DNA of 64,000 bases from Candidatus Latescibacterota bacterium (GCA_965248755.1 OZ252149.1:3968001-4032000), one strand, 5' to 3'. Positions 38,283 to 49,082 are shown, counted from the stretch's first letter. Numbers and translations are program-made. The notes: generated by a model from the letters alone, not told the origin.

Positions 38283-39520
38283 AAATTCCTAATGATATTT
38301 CGATAGTCATATACCTCACAGGCGATTGGGAGACGTATCATCGGCGTTCGATGATAGAGGCTTTTTCGCGCAATCTTTTGGGGATAGGCAGGATATTGAG
38401 CGTAAATCCCGTCATAAACCCGGCTACTGCTTTTTTGCGCGGCAACAGGAGGAGGGCTATACAGAGCATAACCAATGAAGGTATTCAGAAGATCAGTGAA
38501 AATCTATACGTATTGCATCCACATGCTCCCTTCTACACTCCATTGGACAGATTCTTGGATCTTTCGGCGAACGTCCGGACTATGCTAGCTAAGCAGATAA
38601 AGAAGGCGTTGGATGTCATAGGAGCATCACCGTCGGATAAGAGAATATCTTGGCTTTATAAGCCGCAGCAGGTTGATCATATCGGTTTGATAGATGAAAC
38701 GCACGTCCTTTATGAGTGCTACGATGAATACTGTTATACGAGTTTAGATTACAAGCCTAGACCATCTGTGATAGAACAAGAAAAACTTCTGCTCCGACAG
38801 GCGGATATTGTGTTCACCACATCGAGGGCACTACACGATTCAAGGAGCAGATTGCATTCGAACGTGTATCTTGTTCCAAATGGTGTGGATTTTGAGCATT
38901 TCGCGTCAGCTCTGGATGTTGGTGATTCCCCTCCGCAGGATATTCTAGACATCAAAAAACCGATTATCGGTTACATCGGAAGCTTAGGACACAGCATAGA
39001 TGTTAATCTTTTGTTGGATATTATTGATAATGCGGACTGGTCATTTGTGCTTATCGGAGGCATAGTAGATTGTGTCCAAAAGGAATATTTGGACTGGATA
39101 GTACCCAGGCTCAGCCGTCTCAAAGAACATAGCAATTTCTATCATTTAGGATGGCAAGAGCGCAGTCAACTTCCCGCTTATCTTAAAGCTATAGATGTGG
39201 CTGTGATGCCCTACATCGTAAACGAGCACACCAAAAATTCCAATCATCTCAAACTGTGGGAATACCTTGCGACCGGAAGACCTGTGGTAGCGATGAACAC
39301 CAGCAGTGAGGTCTGGGAGTCGAGAGAGGCTGTCCTTGTGGCTCAAAATAGGGATGAGTTTATCTCCCTTATAGATTATGCTCTCAAGAACGATATGAAG
39401 GAACGGATCGCCAAGGGTATTGAAATGGCAAGACAGAATAGCTGGGATAGAATTACCAAGAATGCTGTTGATATAATACTGCAGTCTGTAAATTCAGTCG
39501 AAACTGTTCTAACAGCTTAA
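38279..39520 (+). CDS. GT-B glycosyltransferase (GT4/TuaH-like)
   Basis: YECYDE, VPNGVDFEHF, IGYIG, KLWEYLATGRPVV. Confidence 0.9.
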   Translation: MKIPNDISIVIYLTGDWETYHRRSMIEAFSRNLLGIGRILSVNPVINPATAFLRGNRRRAIQSITNEGIQKISENLYVLHPHAPFYTPLDRFLDLSANVRTMLAKQIKKALDVIGASPSDKRISWLYKPQQVDHIGLIDETHVLYECYDEYCYTSLDYKPRPSVIEQEKLLLRQADIVFTTSRALHDSRSRLHSNVYLVPNGVDFEHFASALDVGDSPPQDILDIKKPIIGYIGSLGHSIDVNLLLDIIDNADWSFVLIGGIVDCVQKEYLDWIVPRLSRLKEHSNFYHLGWQERSQLPAYLKAIDVAVMPYIVNEHTKNSNHLKLWEYLATGRPVVAMNTSSEVWESREAVLVAQNRDEFISLIDYALKNDMKERIAKGIEMARQNSWDRITKNAVDIILQSVNSVETVLTA

Positions 39521-39539
39521 AAAGTAGAGGTGTTAGCAG

Positions 39540-40355
39540 ATGGTTCTTGAGGTGGATAAGAGCAAACTTATAGATATGAGGGACTCCCAATCTAAATCTT
39601 TCAAAGATATACGCGAGGAAATGGTACAAATTAATTGGCAGTCGCAGTCTGCTTGGTTTAGGCTGATGCTCAAAACAAATGCAACTTTGCGGGAAAGGTT
39701 CTCCGATCTGCTTTATGGAATCGAACTCAAAGGAGCTCGAAGATGGGAATATCCTTGGGCAATACTGAGCACTGATCTTGAGCCCGGCCTGTGTGTTTTG
39801 GATGCTGGATGCGGTGGATCTCCATTGCCGATATACCTTGCAAAAAGAGGATATGACTGTTTCGCAACGGATCCCGACATAATGAATCCGTTAGATCCCA
39901 GCAAGTACAAGGGCATACACAAGAAATGTATCAACGTCCGCAGATTTATAAAGCACCGTATGTTTAGATATTTTGGAGGTAGCTTAGGTGATGGATACTA
40001 TAACCTGGCCACAAGACATAACGTATCAATAACCTACAAAAAGGAAAGCATACAAGAAATGAGCTTTGAAGATAACTTTTTTGATCGGGTCTTCTGCATC
40101 AGTGTGATAGAGCACGTTCCCAAAGAAGAATGGTCTATCTGCATAGAACAACTAATGAGAGTTGTGCGTCCAGGTGGAAAGCTCATAATCACTCTTGATA
40201 TATTCTACGATGATCTTCATGTATACAAAGACATTATTCCCTACAGCAGTTTGAAATTTCTGATCGATAGAGATCATTCCAATGTCAAATATTCCGATTG
40301 GCCGCCTGAGCTGCTTGAGACTATTGGTTTGGTTATGACAAAAGAAAAAGAGTAG
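39540..40355 (+). CDS. Class I SAM-dependent methyltransferase
   Basis: RRWEYPW, VLDAGCG, CISVIEHV, RVVRPGG. Confidence 0.9.
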   Translation: MVLEVDKSKLIDMRDSQSKSFKDIREEMVQINWQSQSAWFRLMLKTNATLRERFSDLLYGIELKGARRWEYPWAILSTDLEPGLCVLDAGCGGSPLPIYLAKRGYDCFATDPDIMNPLDPSKYKGIHKKCINVRRFIKHRMFRYFGGSLGDGYYNLATRHNVSITYKKESIQEMSFEDNFFDRVFCISVIEHVPKEEWSICIEQLMRVVRPGGKLIITLDIFYDDLHVYKDIIPYSSLKFLIDRDHSNVKYSDWPPELLETIGLVMTKEKE

Positions 40356-40389
40356 TCTGTACTGTGATATAATTGATAAAGGGATTTTT

Positions 40390-41235
40390 ATGCAGGGCAT
40401 ATCGGTACTTATTCTGACCAAGAACAACGAAGATACTATAGAGAAGAGCTTGCAGAGTGTCAGGGGAGCCGATGAGATCGTTATAATAGATTCTCTGAGC
40501 ACTGATAGGACGCTTGAGATATGCCAGAAATATACTACGAAGATATATCAACAGGAATGGCTCGGGTTCTCCAGACAGCGGAATGTTGCTATCGCCAAGG
40601 CTAGCTATGACTGGATATTTTTCCTCGATTCCGACGAAGTGGTTGAGGCCGGCGTGTGGGAGGAGGTGCTCGAGATAGTTTCCAGCAGTAGTCGACAATA
40701 CGACGTTTATTCTGTTCCTCAGCTGACCTATTTCCTCGGCTGCCCTTTGAGGCACGGAGGATGGATGACAGCTTGGCCTCATCTCTATCGCACAGCAAAG
40801 GCTCATTTTGATGAGAATAAAACCAACCACGAAGGGTCAGCCGTACCGGGTGAATCTGGAATACTTGAAGGGATGATACATCACTATTCGTTTCCTGATA
40901 TGAAGGCGTATTTCGAGAAGTTCGACCGCTACACAACGCTCGATGCAAAACAGATGCAAGTGTCCGGGCTGACAAAGAGGAATCGCCTTGTAGAGTTGAA
41001 ATTGGATAGCACATTTTCCGTTTTGAAGTTCCTGTTTTGGGATCCTGTTCTGTGGTTCGGTAGGAGATTTCTACTCTTAAAGGCATATAAAGACGGCGTC
41101 CCCGGACTTATTTACGCTATCTTTGGTGCTTTCAACGAATTTGTTGGAAGGGTCAAATATCTGGAAATGAAGATGAAAGAGCGCAGGTATGAGGGGTATT
41201 GGCAGCACGGAGAGGTAAATAAAGTTCCACTATAA
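40390..41235 (+). CDS. GT2 glycosyltransferase (KdtX/WaaE-like)
   Basis: IDSLSTDRT, GFSRQRN, WIFFLDSDE, KFDRYTT, YKDGVPG. Confidence 0.92.
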   Translation: MQGISVLILTKNNEDTIEKSLQSVRGADEIVIIDSLSTDRTLEICQKYTTKIYQQEWLGFSRQRNVAIAKASYDWIFFLDSDEVVEAGVWEEVLEIVSSSSRQYDVYSVPQLTYFLGCPLRHGGWMTAWPHLYRTAKAHFDENKTNHEGSAVPGESGILEGMIHHYSFPDMKAYFEKFDRYTTLDAKQMQVSGLTKRNRLVELKLDSTFSVLKFLFWDPVLWFGRRFLLLKAYKDGVPGLIYAIFGAFNEFVGRVKYLEMKMKERRYEGYWQHGEVNKVPL

Positions 41236-41791
41236 ACATCGTATTGATCTTACCGGAGGCGCCTTTTAGTCCTTCGACTCAAAATGGCGGACAATATAAA
41301 TGACCATTCCTGCCCTGTGCGTTCCTGATGTGGAGGAGTATTTTGAGAAGTTTAACCGCGGCACAACACTCGATGCGGAACATATGCGGCTGTTCGGGAC
41401 GACAAAGAGGAATCGCCCTGTACAGTTGAATTTGGATAGTACATTTTCCGTTTTGAAGTTTCTGTTTTGGGATCCTATTCTGCGGTTCGGCAGAATATTT
41501 CTATTTTTAAAGGCATATAAAGACGGCATCCCTGGACTGATTTACGCTATCTTTGGCGCTTTCTACGAGTTTGTTGGGAGAGTTAAATATCTGGAAATGA
41601 GGATCAAAGAGAGCAAATGCCCAACAGATGAGAGTAGACCATGTGAGGATCGGGTAGAGGATAAAAAGACATCGGCTTTTCCCCAAAATAGTTCTTCGAT
41701 ACACCCCGGTGTAAGTGTTCGCTCCCCCAAGAGGCGTCTTTTAGTCTTCTGGCACGGGATCGGGGATAATATAATGGCAATTCCTGCCCTG
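40889..41791 (+). repeat. Diverged tandem duplication (~430/470 bp) covering the GT2 3' end and the GT9 5' start
   Basis: 40889-41319 aligns to 41320-41791 (ACAAAGAGGAATCGCC, TTTTCCGTTTTGAAGTT and CTTTTAGTC...ATTCCTGCCCTG occur in both). Confidence 0.85.
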
Positions 41792-42751
41792 CGAGCGCTC
41801 AAGGAAAAATATCCTGACGATTCCCTAGGCCTTATGTATCTCAAAAGGATAGACAAAGATGGCCTCTTCGGCGACAGTCCCTACATAGACGCCACATACA
41901 CGTGCAGCGACGCCTGGAACGATTATCTCGACTACGATACCGGAGTTACGGCTATTCTGGAGGAGGCGAATCGAGTCGCAGAAAAAGAGGGCTACGACGA
42001 GATTGTCCCTGTGACCCTTCGCAGTTGCTCTTTGGAAAACCACAGGATATATCGCATAGCCCACGAACTCGGCGTCGAGCTTTCCACCCCCGATAGAAGC
42101 AATCGGGGGTGGGACACGGAACTCCCGATCCCCCAAGAGGAGGAAGAAAGAGCTGATGCCATCTTCAAGAGCTGGGGCATAAAAGAGGACGACTTCGTGG
42201 TCGCCATCCACAGAAGGGGAGCAAACGTCCATAAATACTGGGATGTGGAGGAGGCTTTAAGGTTCATAGACTTCATGAAGAAAAGGTATAACGCCAAGTT
42301 CATCGCCTTCGAGACTCACACCGATTTGGACAGAGAAGAAGCGCAGCGGTTGAAAGGGGAAAGTATCTTCAGCACGTATCATCTCTCCGACGTGAGTCTT
42401 AAGCTTTCAGCTGCTCTCATAGACAAATGCGACCTGTTTGTGGGCATAGACTCGGGTCCTATGTGGATAGCCACTACCACAAAGACACCTATAATTGCCC
42501 TTTTCACTATGACGTGGATGCAACAGACTGCGCCTATGAGAAAGGACAGCTACATAGTCTGCTCCGAAAAATCCAAAACAATATTGACAAAGAAGTTCGG
42601 AGAGGAACATAAAGACAGGATCGTCTATTCCGCAAAAGGCAGCACAAATATAGGTGCAGAGGACGTCATCAGATGCCTGGAGAAGCTTGAGATCTTCAAT
42701 AATGTCCTTGAAGGATTCGACTACAACCGGGGGTTATCCCCGAGTTTGTAG
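41300..42751 (+). CDS. GT9 (heptosyltransferase-like) glycosyltransferase with a duplicated GT2 C-terminal segment at its N-terminus
   Basis: GIGDNIMAIPALRALKEKYP, FVGIDSGPMWIA. Confidence 0.82.
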   Translation: MTIPALCVPDVEEYFEKFNRGTTLDAEHMRLFGTTKRNRPVQLNLDSTFSVLKFLFWDPILRFGRIFLFLKAYKDGIPGLIYAIFGAFYEFVGRVKYLEMRIKESKCPTDESRPCEDRVEDKKTSAFPQNSSSIHPGVSVRSPKRRLLVFWHGIGDNIMAIPALRALKEKYPDDSLGLMYLKRIDKDGLFGDSPYIDATYTCSDAWNDYLDYDTGVTAILEEANRVAEKEGYDEIVPVTLRSCSLENHRIYRIAHELGVELSTPDRSNRGWDTELPIPQEEEERADAIFKSWGIKEDDFVVAIHRRGANVHKYWDVEEALRFIDFMKKRYNAKFIAFETHTDLDREEAQRLKGESIFSTYHLSDVSLKLSAALIDKCDLFVGIDSGPMWIATTTKTPIIALFTMTWMQQTAPMRKDSYIVCSEKSKTILTKKFGEEHKDRIVYSAKGSTNIGAEDVIRCLEKLEIFNNVLEGFDYNRGLSPSL

Positions 42752-42963
42752 ATAACGGTAAGACGGGAATACTTGTAGAGCCGAGGAATTCGCTTGAGTT
42801 TGCCAAAGCTGTGAAGGATTTGATAGAGAAGCCGGAGTTTGCCCAAAGACTCGGAGAAAATGGCAGACAGAGGGCAAGGCTCTTTACGTGGGATAAATCT
42901 GGAGAGAGGTTGGAAGAAGTGTATAAGGGTCTTTTGTTCTGTTTAGGAGAGAGTATAAAGTAA
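42718..42963 (+). pseudogene. C-terminal remnant of a GT4 glycosyltransferase
   Basis: Reads GGYP/EFVDNGKTGILVEPRN...LGENGRQRARLFTWDKSGERLEEVY, no start codon. Confidence 0.75.
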
Positions 42964-42964
42964 T

Positions 42965-43903
42965 ATGGAAGTTAAAACGAAAAGAAATTGCCAAGTGAAC
43001 GTTGAAGAATGCAATATCTGTGGCGGCAACGGATTCAAGCGAGTAGCTAAAAAGGCAGAATATGTCCTTTTGAAGTGCATAAACTGTGGGCTTATATTTG
43101 TGGACTACGATGAATTAGATCTGAACGAGTTCTATAACAAGACTCGCAAGGAGTGGGTAAAGACAAAGACACTTACGGACTGGGTTATAAAGGAGTACAC
43201 ACGCGGGAACGAACGCAAATACAAATCGCTTGAAAGTTATATGGGCAGTAAAGGCAGAATGTTGGACGTTGGATGTTCTATCGGTGTCTTTTTGAGCATA
43301 GCTAAAAGATATGGCTGGAATGTAACGGGGGTGGAGATAGACGAAGAGAGAGCTAAAGCAGCAAACGAGGCATACGGTGTTGATGTACTATGCGGCAGAG
43401 TTGAGGATGTGGAATTCGAGGACAGCTTCGATTGCGTTATCATCTTTGACTGTATAGAGCACGTTGAAGATCCTGCTTCCGTTTTGCAAAAAGTCTATGA
43501 TGTTCTATGTCCGGGAGGCAAAGTTATCTTGACTCTTCCCAACATTGAGGGCCTTGAGCCGAAGACGACTTATTATTTGTTCTACAGGACCTTAGGACTA
43601 TGGCATCATCCAGATCCTCCCGCTCATCTATATGAATTTTCACCTGTTACTATAGAGCAACTGTTGAGCAAAATCGGTTTTGAAAATGTCCAGATTCAAC
43701 TCAGTCAGGTATCGCTCGGATATAAGACCGGATTGAAATTAAACCAAATAACCGATCTTTTTGCAAACTACGGATCCACAATAGCAACCAAGTCTATGAT
43801 CAAAAGGCTCTGCTACGCGGCGGTTGCCACTCCCTTGTTTATAGCTGCAAAACTGCTTGGGATGGGAGATAGTATGACAGTTGTCGCTCAAAGGTCTAAA
43901 TGA
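42965..43903 (+). CDS. Class I SAM methyltransferase with N-terminal Zn-ribbon cysteines
   Basis: CNICG...CINCG, MLDVGCSIG, IEHVEDP, PAHLYEFS. Confidence 0.9.
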   Translation: MEVKTKRNCQVNVEECNICGGNGFKRVAKKAEYVLLKCINCGLIFVDYDELDLNEFYNKTRKEWVKTKTLTDWVIKEYTRGNERKYKSLESYMGSKGRMLDVGCSIGVFLSIAKRYGWNVTGVEIDEERAKAANEAYGVDVLCGRVEDVEFEDSFDCVIIFDCIEHVEDPASVLQKVYDVLCPGGKVILTLPNIEGLEPKTTYYLFYRTLGLWHHPDPPAHLYEFSPVTIEQLLSKIGFENVQIQLSQVSLGYKTGLKLNQITDLFANYGSTIATKSMIKRLCYAAVATPLFIAAKLLGMGDSMTVVAQRSK

Positions 43904-43929
43904 TAAAAGCAGTTTTAGGAGAGATATAA

Positions 43930-44238
43930 ATGACAGTGAATGAAAAAGTAATACAGGCGATATTGGGTGCAATTGATGAAGTCAATCAGCAACTGCCAAA
44001 AGAACAGCGATTGGAAAAATCTATCGATACGGTTTTGTTTGGTGAATCGGGAAAATTGGATTCACTGGGACTTGTAACTCTAATTGTGGCTACAGAGCAG
44101 AAGATTGAAGAAGAACATGGGGCCACAATAACACTGGCAGATGAAAACGCGATGTCTCAGGAAAATAGCCCATTTAAAACCATTGGAACGCTTGCCGATT
44201 ATGTTACCTTCCTTTTGAAGGAAAAATCAAATGGATAA
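43930..44238 (+). CDS. Acyl carrier protein
   Basis: LDSLGLV phosphopantetheine motif, PFKTIGTLADYV. Confidence 0.88.
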   Translation: MTVNEKVIQAILGAIDEVNQQLPKEQRLEKSIDTVLFGESGKLDSLGLVTLIVATEQKIEEEHGATITLADENAMSQENSPFKTIGTLADYVTFLLKEKSNG

Positions 44239-45916
44239 GCAGAAATATAGATGTACACTCGTCTCGGATTTTAATATAAATAACTTTTCCGGTTATCTGA
44301 GTAATGATGACGACTTTCCTATAGTCGAGGCAACCGTTGCACCATTTGGACAGGTGATACCGGTTTTGATACAAAGAGATTTAGAATGTTGGCGGAGTGA
44401 TCCTGATTTGGCTGTGATTTGGACTCAACCTGAGGGTGTTATTAAGTCTTTTGATCACATTCTTATGTATGAAAATGTCTCGATAGAGCGTGTTTTTAAA
44501 GAGGTGGATGGATATTCTTCATTATTATTGAATATTCGTGATAGAGTGAAATTTGTATTTGTCCCGACGTGGGTCTTCCCTTCGTACCACAGAGGTTTTG
44601 GTATGCTCGATATGAAAACTGGTGTTGGGATAGCAAATACCTTGATGCATATGAACTTAAGGCTTTCTGAAAATTTAGACAAAGCATCGAATATTTATTT
44701 ATTAAATACTCAAAAATGGATTGAAATCGCGGGTAAAAACGCCTTTAATCCAAAGCTGTGGTATATGGGAAAGATTGCCTTTGGAAATGAAGTTTTTATA
44801 GAAACAGTAAAGGATATAAAGTCTGCCTTGAGGGCAATAGAAGGCAATTCAAAGAAATTAATTATTCTTGATTTGGATGAAACTTTATGGGGTGAAATTA
44901 TCGGAGATGTCGGATGGGAAAATATCAGATTAGGTGGACATGACCATATTGGTGAGGCGTATGTTGATTTTCAACGTGCATTGAAATCGTTGACAAATCG
45001 TGGTATCCTATTGGGTATAGTCAGCAAAAACGAAGAGGAGATTGCGTTAGAAGCGATAAATAACCATCCAGAAATGGTTCTTAAATTGGAGGATTTTGCC
45101 GGTTGGAAAATTAATTGGCAGGACAAAGCTCAAAATGCAATTGATTTGGTTTCAGATTTGAATCTTGGTCTTCAATCGGTGGTCTTCATTGATGATAGTC
45201 CTGTTGAACGAGCACGAGTTAGGGAAGTATTGCCTGAGGTTTTTGTTCCTGAATGGCCAGAGGACAAAATGTTATATAAAAGTGCATTACTCAGTCTCCG
45301 TTGTTTTGATACTCCTTCAATTAGTAAAGAAGATCTTGAAAGGACAAGGATGTATGTATCAGAGCGACAACGTAAGGATTTGAAAAGAAATGTCGGTTCA
45401 TTAGATGGATGGTTGAAGAGTTTAAAGATAAAGGTAAAAGTAGAAAAGTTAAATGAGACTAATCTTCAAAGAACAGCTCAATTGTTGAACAAAACTAATC
45501 AAATGAATCTTACTACAAGGCGAGTGACAGAATCAGAACTAGTAGATTGGGTGAGGCAGGGGAATCATAAACTTTGGACTTTTCGTGTTTCGGATAAGTT
45601 TGGAGATTCAGGACTAACAGGTATAATAAGTCTTGAAGTAAAAAACAAAACAGGGAACATTGTGGATTTTGTTCTAAGCTGTAGAGTTATGGGTCGAAAG
45701 GTAGAGGAAACTATGCTATCAACAGCTATTGATTATGCACGGTCCATAGGACTGGATGAAATATATGCAAAATATATTTCAACTCCTAAGAATAAACCTT
45801 GTTTAAGATTTTTTGAACATTCGGGATTTGAATATAACAGCGACCATATTTTTAAATGGAATCTTAATAAAACATATAAGGTACTTCAGTATATTGAGAC
45901 AGATCGTTCTACATAG
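44231..45916 (+). CDS. FkbH-like HAD-IIIC glyceryl-ACP synthase/phosphatase
   Basis: LDLDETLWG, SKN, FIDDSPVER, KTNQMNLT, DKFGDSG, LSCRVMGR. Confidence 0.93.
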   Translation: MDKQKYRCTLVSDFNINNFSGYLSNDDDFPIVEATVAPFGQVIPVLIQRDLECWRSDPDLAVIWTQPEGVIKSFDHILMYENVSIERVFKEVDGYSSLLLNIRDRVKFVFVPTWVFPSYHRGFGMLDMKTGVGIANTLMHMNLRLSENLDKASNIYLLNTQKWIEIAGKNAFNPKLWYMGKIAFGNEVFIETVKDIKSALRAIEGNSKKLIILDLDETLWGEIIGDVGWENIRLGGHDHIGEAYVDFQRALKSLTNRGILLGIVSKNEEEIALEAINNHPEMVLKLEDFAGWKINWQDKAQNAIDLVSDLNLGLQSVVFIDDSPVERARVREVLPEVFVPEWPEDKMLYKSALLSLRCFDTPSISKEDLERTRMYVSERQRKDLKRNVGSLDGWLKSLKIKVKVEKLNETNLQRTAQLLNKTNQMNLTTRRVTESELVDWVRQGNHKLWTFRVSDKFGDSGLTGIISLEVKNKTGNIVDFVLSCRVMGRKVEETMLSTAIDYARSIGLDEIYAKYISTPKNKPCLRFFEHSGFEYNSDHIFKWNLNKTYKVLQYIETDRST

Positions 45917-45986
45917 ATAGATATTCTAGCGTATTGTAATAATTCAGAAAGGAATACAATTTTTAAAAAAACTTATAGGAGAGAAA

Positions 45987-46880
45987 ATGGATGATAATCA
46001 CAATGCTGAAAATAGTCAATTATTTGAACAAAAACTTGCAGACAAAAATTATTACAAGCTACCTAATGGGCTTTTAATTCTTCATGAAAATAACTATGAA
46101 ACAGATTATCTCTACAAAGAAATATTTGAAGATCAGGTTTATTTGAAACACGGAATAACTATAAATAATGGAGATTATATTTTTGATGTAGGTGCAAATA
46201 TAGGTCTTTTTACACTATTTGTTCAGAAAATATGCAAAGACGCCAACATTTACGCATTTGAACCATCTCCTGATGTTTGTGAAAGTTTGCGTGTCAATGC
46301 ATCTCTGTATGGTTCAAATGTGAAAGTCTATGAGTGTGGATTGTCAAATGAAAACAAAAAGGCTGTTTTTAGTTTTTATCCTGGGTATTCTATTTTATCT
46401 GGATTCTATGCTAATTTGGAACAAGATGAAGTTACACTTAGATCTGGCATTTGTAATCAGTTGCGCAGGACTAATCCAAAGCAGGGTGCTTTAGCAGCGG
46501 ATAAGTATATTGATTTATTAGTAAAGGGGAAGCTCAAGAAAAAAATATATACGTGTCAGTTAAGAACAATTTCTAGCATTATAAGAGAAAATAACATTAA
46601 ACAAATAGACTTATTAAAAGTTGATGTTGAGAAGAGTGAACTGGATATCCTAAATGGTATCAATGAAAGAGACTGGAAAAAGATTAAGCAAATTGTTGTG
46701 GAAGTACATGAGATACAAGGAATAAGTTTAAGCCAAATTAGATCTTTACTCAATGCTAGAGATTTTAAACTTAAGATTGAACAAGAAGAACAATTCAAAA
46801 ACTCGGGCATCTTTAATGTTTATGCTATTAGGGGAGGGAGGATGAAATATACTCAAAATATATTCCAACCCCAAAAATAA
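45987..46880 (+). CDS. FkbM-family methyltransferase
   Basis: LYKEIFED, FDVGANIGLF, AFEP, IDLLKVDVEKSE, VVEVH. Confidence 0.92.
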   Translation: MDDNHNAENSQLFEQKLADKNYYKLPNGLLILHENNYETDYLYKEIFEDQVYLKHGITINNGDYIFDVGANIGLFTLFVQKICKDANIYAFEPSPDVCESLRVNASLYGSNVKVYECGLSNENKKAVFSFYPGYSILSGFYANLEQDEVTLRSGICNQLRRTNPKQGALAADKYIDLLVKGKLKKKIYTCQLRTISSIIRENNIKQIDLLKVDVEKSELDILNGINERDWKKIKQIVVEVHEIQGISLSQIRSLLNARDFKLKIEQEEQFKNSGIFNVYAIRGGRMKYTQNIFQPQK

Positions 46881-46917
46881 ACCTTGTTTAGGATTTTGGA
46901 AGAATTCGGGATTTAAA

Positions 46918-48440
46918 AGGCTTGTGAAATAGTTACCATGTAGAGAGCGTCTTAAGACGCCAATTACCCGTTAAGCAGAAGCATATAGTATCGTTTTGCT
47001 ATAGAATAAGCAAAATATTCTCATCAAAGGTCTTGTCAGCAAGGAATAGGAACTATTTGAAGAACGGGATGCACTCTCTTGGACAGACAGAGCACATATA
47101 GACGCTTTTCCCCTTCTGATGAAGGATACGAGCCTCTTGAGATTCTGCACTGTTGCAACAAGATTTAACTGTTCATTCAGTGAGGCCAATCCCCTGTAAC
47201 GGGCTCGGCCCATACCGTGCTGTTGTTTGGCTTCAGCAAAGATATGTTCACTGCGTTTACGGAATTTCTGAGAGACTTTGTAGTCAGATGTCGATAAAAT
47301 AGATCGTGCATGATTTCTGGCTTTTGCCTCTCGCACTTTTCTATCTCGTTTAGCCTGAATATGTGCGAAATTTGTCTTGTTCTTCCATGTAGGAATTGGC
47401 TCAATCTCTTCACCTGATCGCAGAGGAATGTGGGGTGTGATCCCCCGGTCAAGTATATCGGCGATAAAACCACCAGAACCATAGCCCTTATCGGCAGTAA
47501 GCGTCTGAATGCCTTCGGGAATCGTGTATACTTCAAGATCATCAACCATCTTAAGGGCACTTTCTCGCTCTGCTGTCCCTGTCGCCTGTGTACCCTCTGT
47601 ATCGAGGATTACTCTGCTTTTTGTGTCGATGAGATCATGACCTGTAAACGAAAGAGAAGCCTCCTTGCCCTTTGATTTCCTGTATAAAAGGGCATCGGGG
47701 TCTGTAATCGAACAATGCGTCTGGTTCGTCCACTTTTCACCGCGAAAGTCTTTATCCTGAGGATGATCAGATCGATCTACGGTCTGTGCCTTATCACCTT
47801 CAAAGCCAATTCCCTTGAGATAATCATCAAGAGAAATGGGAGGCTCTATCGGCTCAATACTCTTTACTGAAGCATTAGCTCGTATCTGAGTGCCATCGAC
47901 ACTGAGGTGTTTACCGCTCACAAGACCGACATCTGTGCAACACTGGACTACCTGACGCATTATCTGTTCAAACAACCCGCTCGATGTCCACCTGTGATTG
48001 CGAAGCTTGTTGATCGTGCTCCTGTCTGGAACCTCATCCTGAAATGTCATATGACAAAACAACCGATATGCAGCATGCATCCCCACTACCTGACAAAGCC
48101 GATTCTCACTCAAATTATACAGATAGCCGATAAGGATCATCCGAACAACTAATTCAGGATCGATACCGGGTCTGCCATTGTCAGGACAATAACAATCTGA
48201 CACAACGTCTCGTACAAATGAAAAATCAACGACCTTATCAATCTGACGGAGGATATGATCTTGGGGGACTACATCCTCCATCTGAAAATAGTGAAACAAG
48301 GGATTTGTTTGTTCCTTCTTTTGTGGGGTAATTATTTCCTCCATATATAATATTATCAATAACATAATATAATACATGGGAGCTGCTTTATCAATACCTG
48401 TTTTGTACTATTTTCTCGTCTAAGGGTTTTTCACAAGTCT
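46918..48440 (-). mobile_element. IS1182/IS5-type insertion sequence
   Basis: Terminal IRs AGGCTTGTGAAA / TTTCACAAGTCT flanked on both sides by TTTAAA; single DDE transposase. Confidence 0.85.
46971..48377 (-). CDS. IS1182-family (DUF772 + DDE) transposase
   Basis: GRPGIDP, VPDRSTI, VDGTQIRANAS, ADKGY, RSEHIFAEAK, QNLKR; true start probably a few codons internal. Confidence 0.9.
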   Translation of the reverse strand: MYYIMLLIILYMEEIITPQKKEQTNPLFHYFQMEDVVPQDHILRQIDKVVDFSFVRDVVSDCYCPDNGRPGIDPELVVRMILIGYLYNLSENRLCQVVGMHAAYRLFCHMTFQDEVPDRSTINKLRNHRWTSSGLFEQIMRQVVQCCTDVGLVSGKHLSVDGTQIRANASVKSIEPIEPPISLDDYLKGIGFEGDKAQTVDRSDHPQDKDFRGEKWTNQTHCSITDPDALLYRKSKGKEASLSFTGHDLIDTKSRVILDTEGTQATGTAERESALKMVDDLEVYTIPEGIQTLTADKGYGSGGFIADILDRGITPHIPLRSGEEIEPIPTWKNKTNFAHIQAKRDRKVREAKARNHARSILSTSDYKVSQKFRKRSEHIFAEAKQQHGMGRARYRGLASLNEQLNLVATVQNLKRLVSFIRRGKASICALSVQESASRSSNSSYSLLTRPLMRIFCLFYSKTILYASA

Positions 48441-48491
48441 TTTAAAGGTGCTTAAAGTTATCGTATTACCTAAGAAAGGAATCGTCCTAAA

Positions 48492-49053
48492 ATGTCTGAT
48501 AAGAAAATAAGAATAGAAAGAATAAAGGTCAAAGATCTACACGAATTCGCTTGTCGAACGGTTAGCAGAACCAAAGAGAATGATGTTATTCCAATAACAA
48601 AGCATCGCGCTCTTGCTCACACGAATAATCCCTACGCAGATGAAAATGATATAGGCTTGTTGGTTGCTTATATAGGAAACCAGTGTATTGGGTATCTTGG
48701 ATTAATGCCAGGATTGCTTAAAGAAGGCGATAAGTTTTCAAAGGTTCATTGGTTCTCCACTTGGTTTGTTCCCCCCGAATTTAGGAAGACATCGGTTGGT
48801 TTACTCCTCATGATGAACGCGTTGTCATTAAAGTATGATCTTATTGCTACCGGAATAAGTAACGAAACAGAAAGAATATGCAGAGGCTTAGGTTTCCACG
48901 AACTTGGCCCTCTTGATTATTATGTAATAAACGTTGACAGAATGAACTTTTTGGCTTTGACATTTCGACTATTACGAAACATTTTAAGTAAAATAAGAAT
49001 TAAATCTAAAATCACCGATGCGATAATCAGAGCATCCGAGCGCATATTTTACC
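48492..49053 (+). pseudogene. GNAT-like protein truncated by an IS3 element
   Basis: LLVAYIGNQCIGYLG...WFVPPEFRKTSVG acetyl-CoA-type motif; reading frame runs into the IS end at 49054. Confidence 0.65.
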
Positions 49054-49082
49054 TGTACTGCTTCCCAGGAAAGCGACACCAA

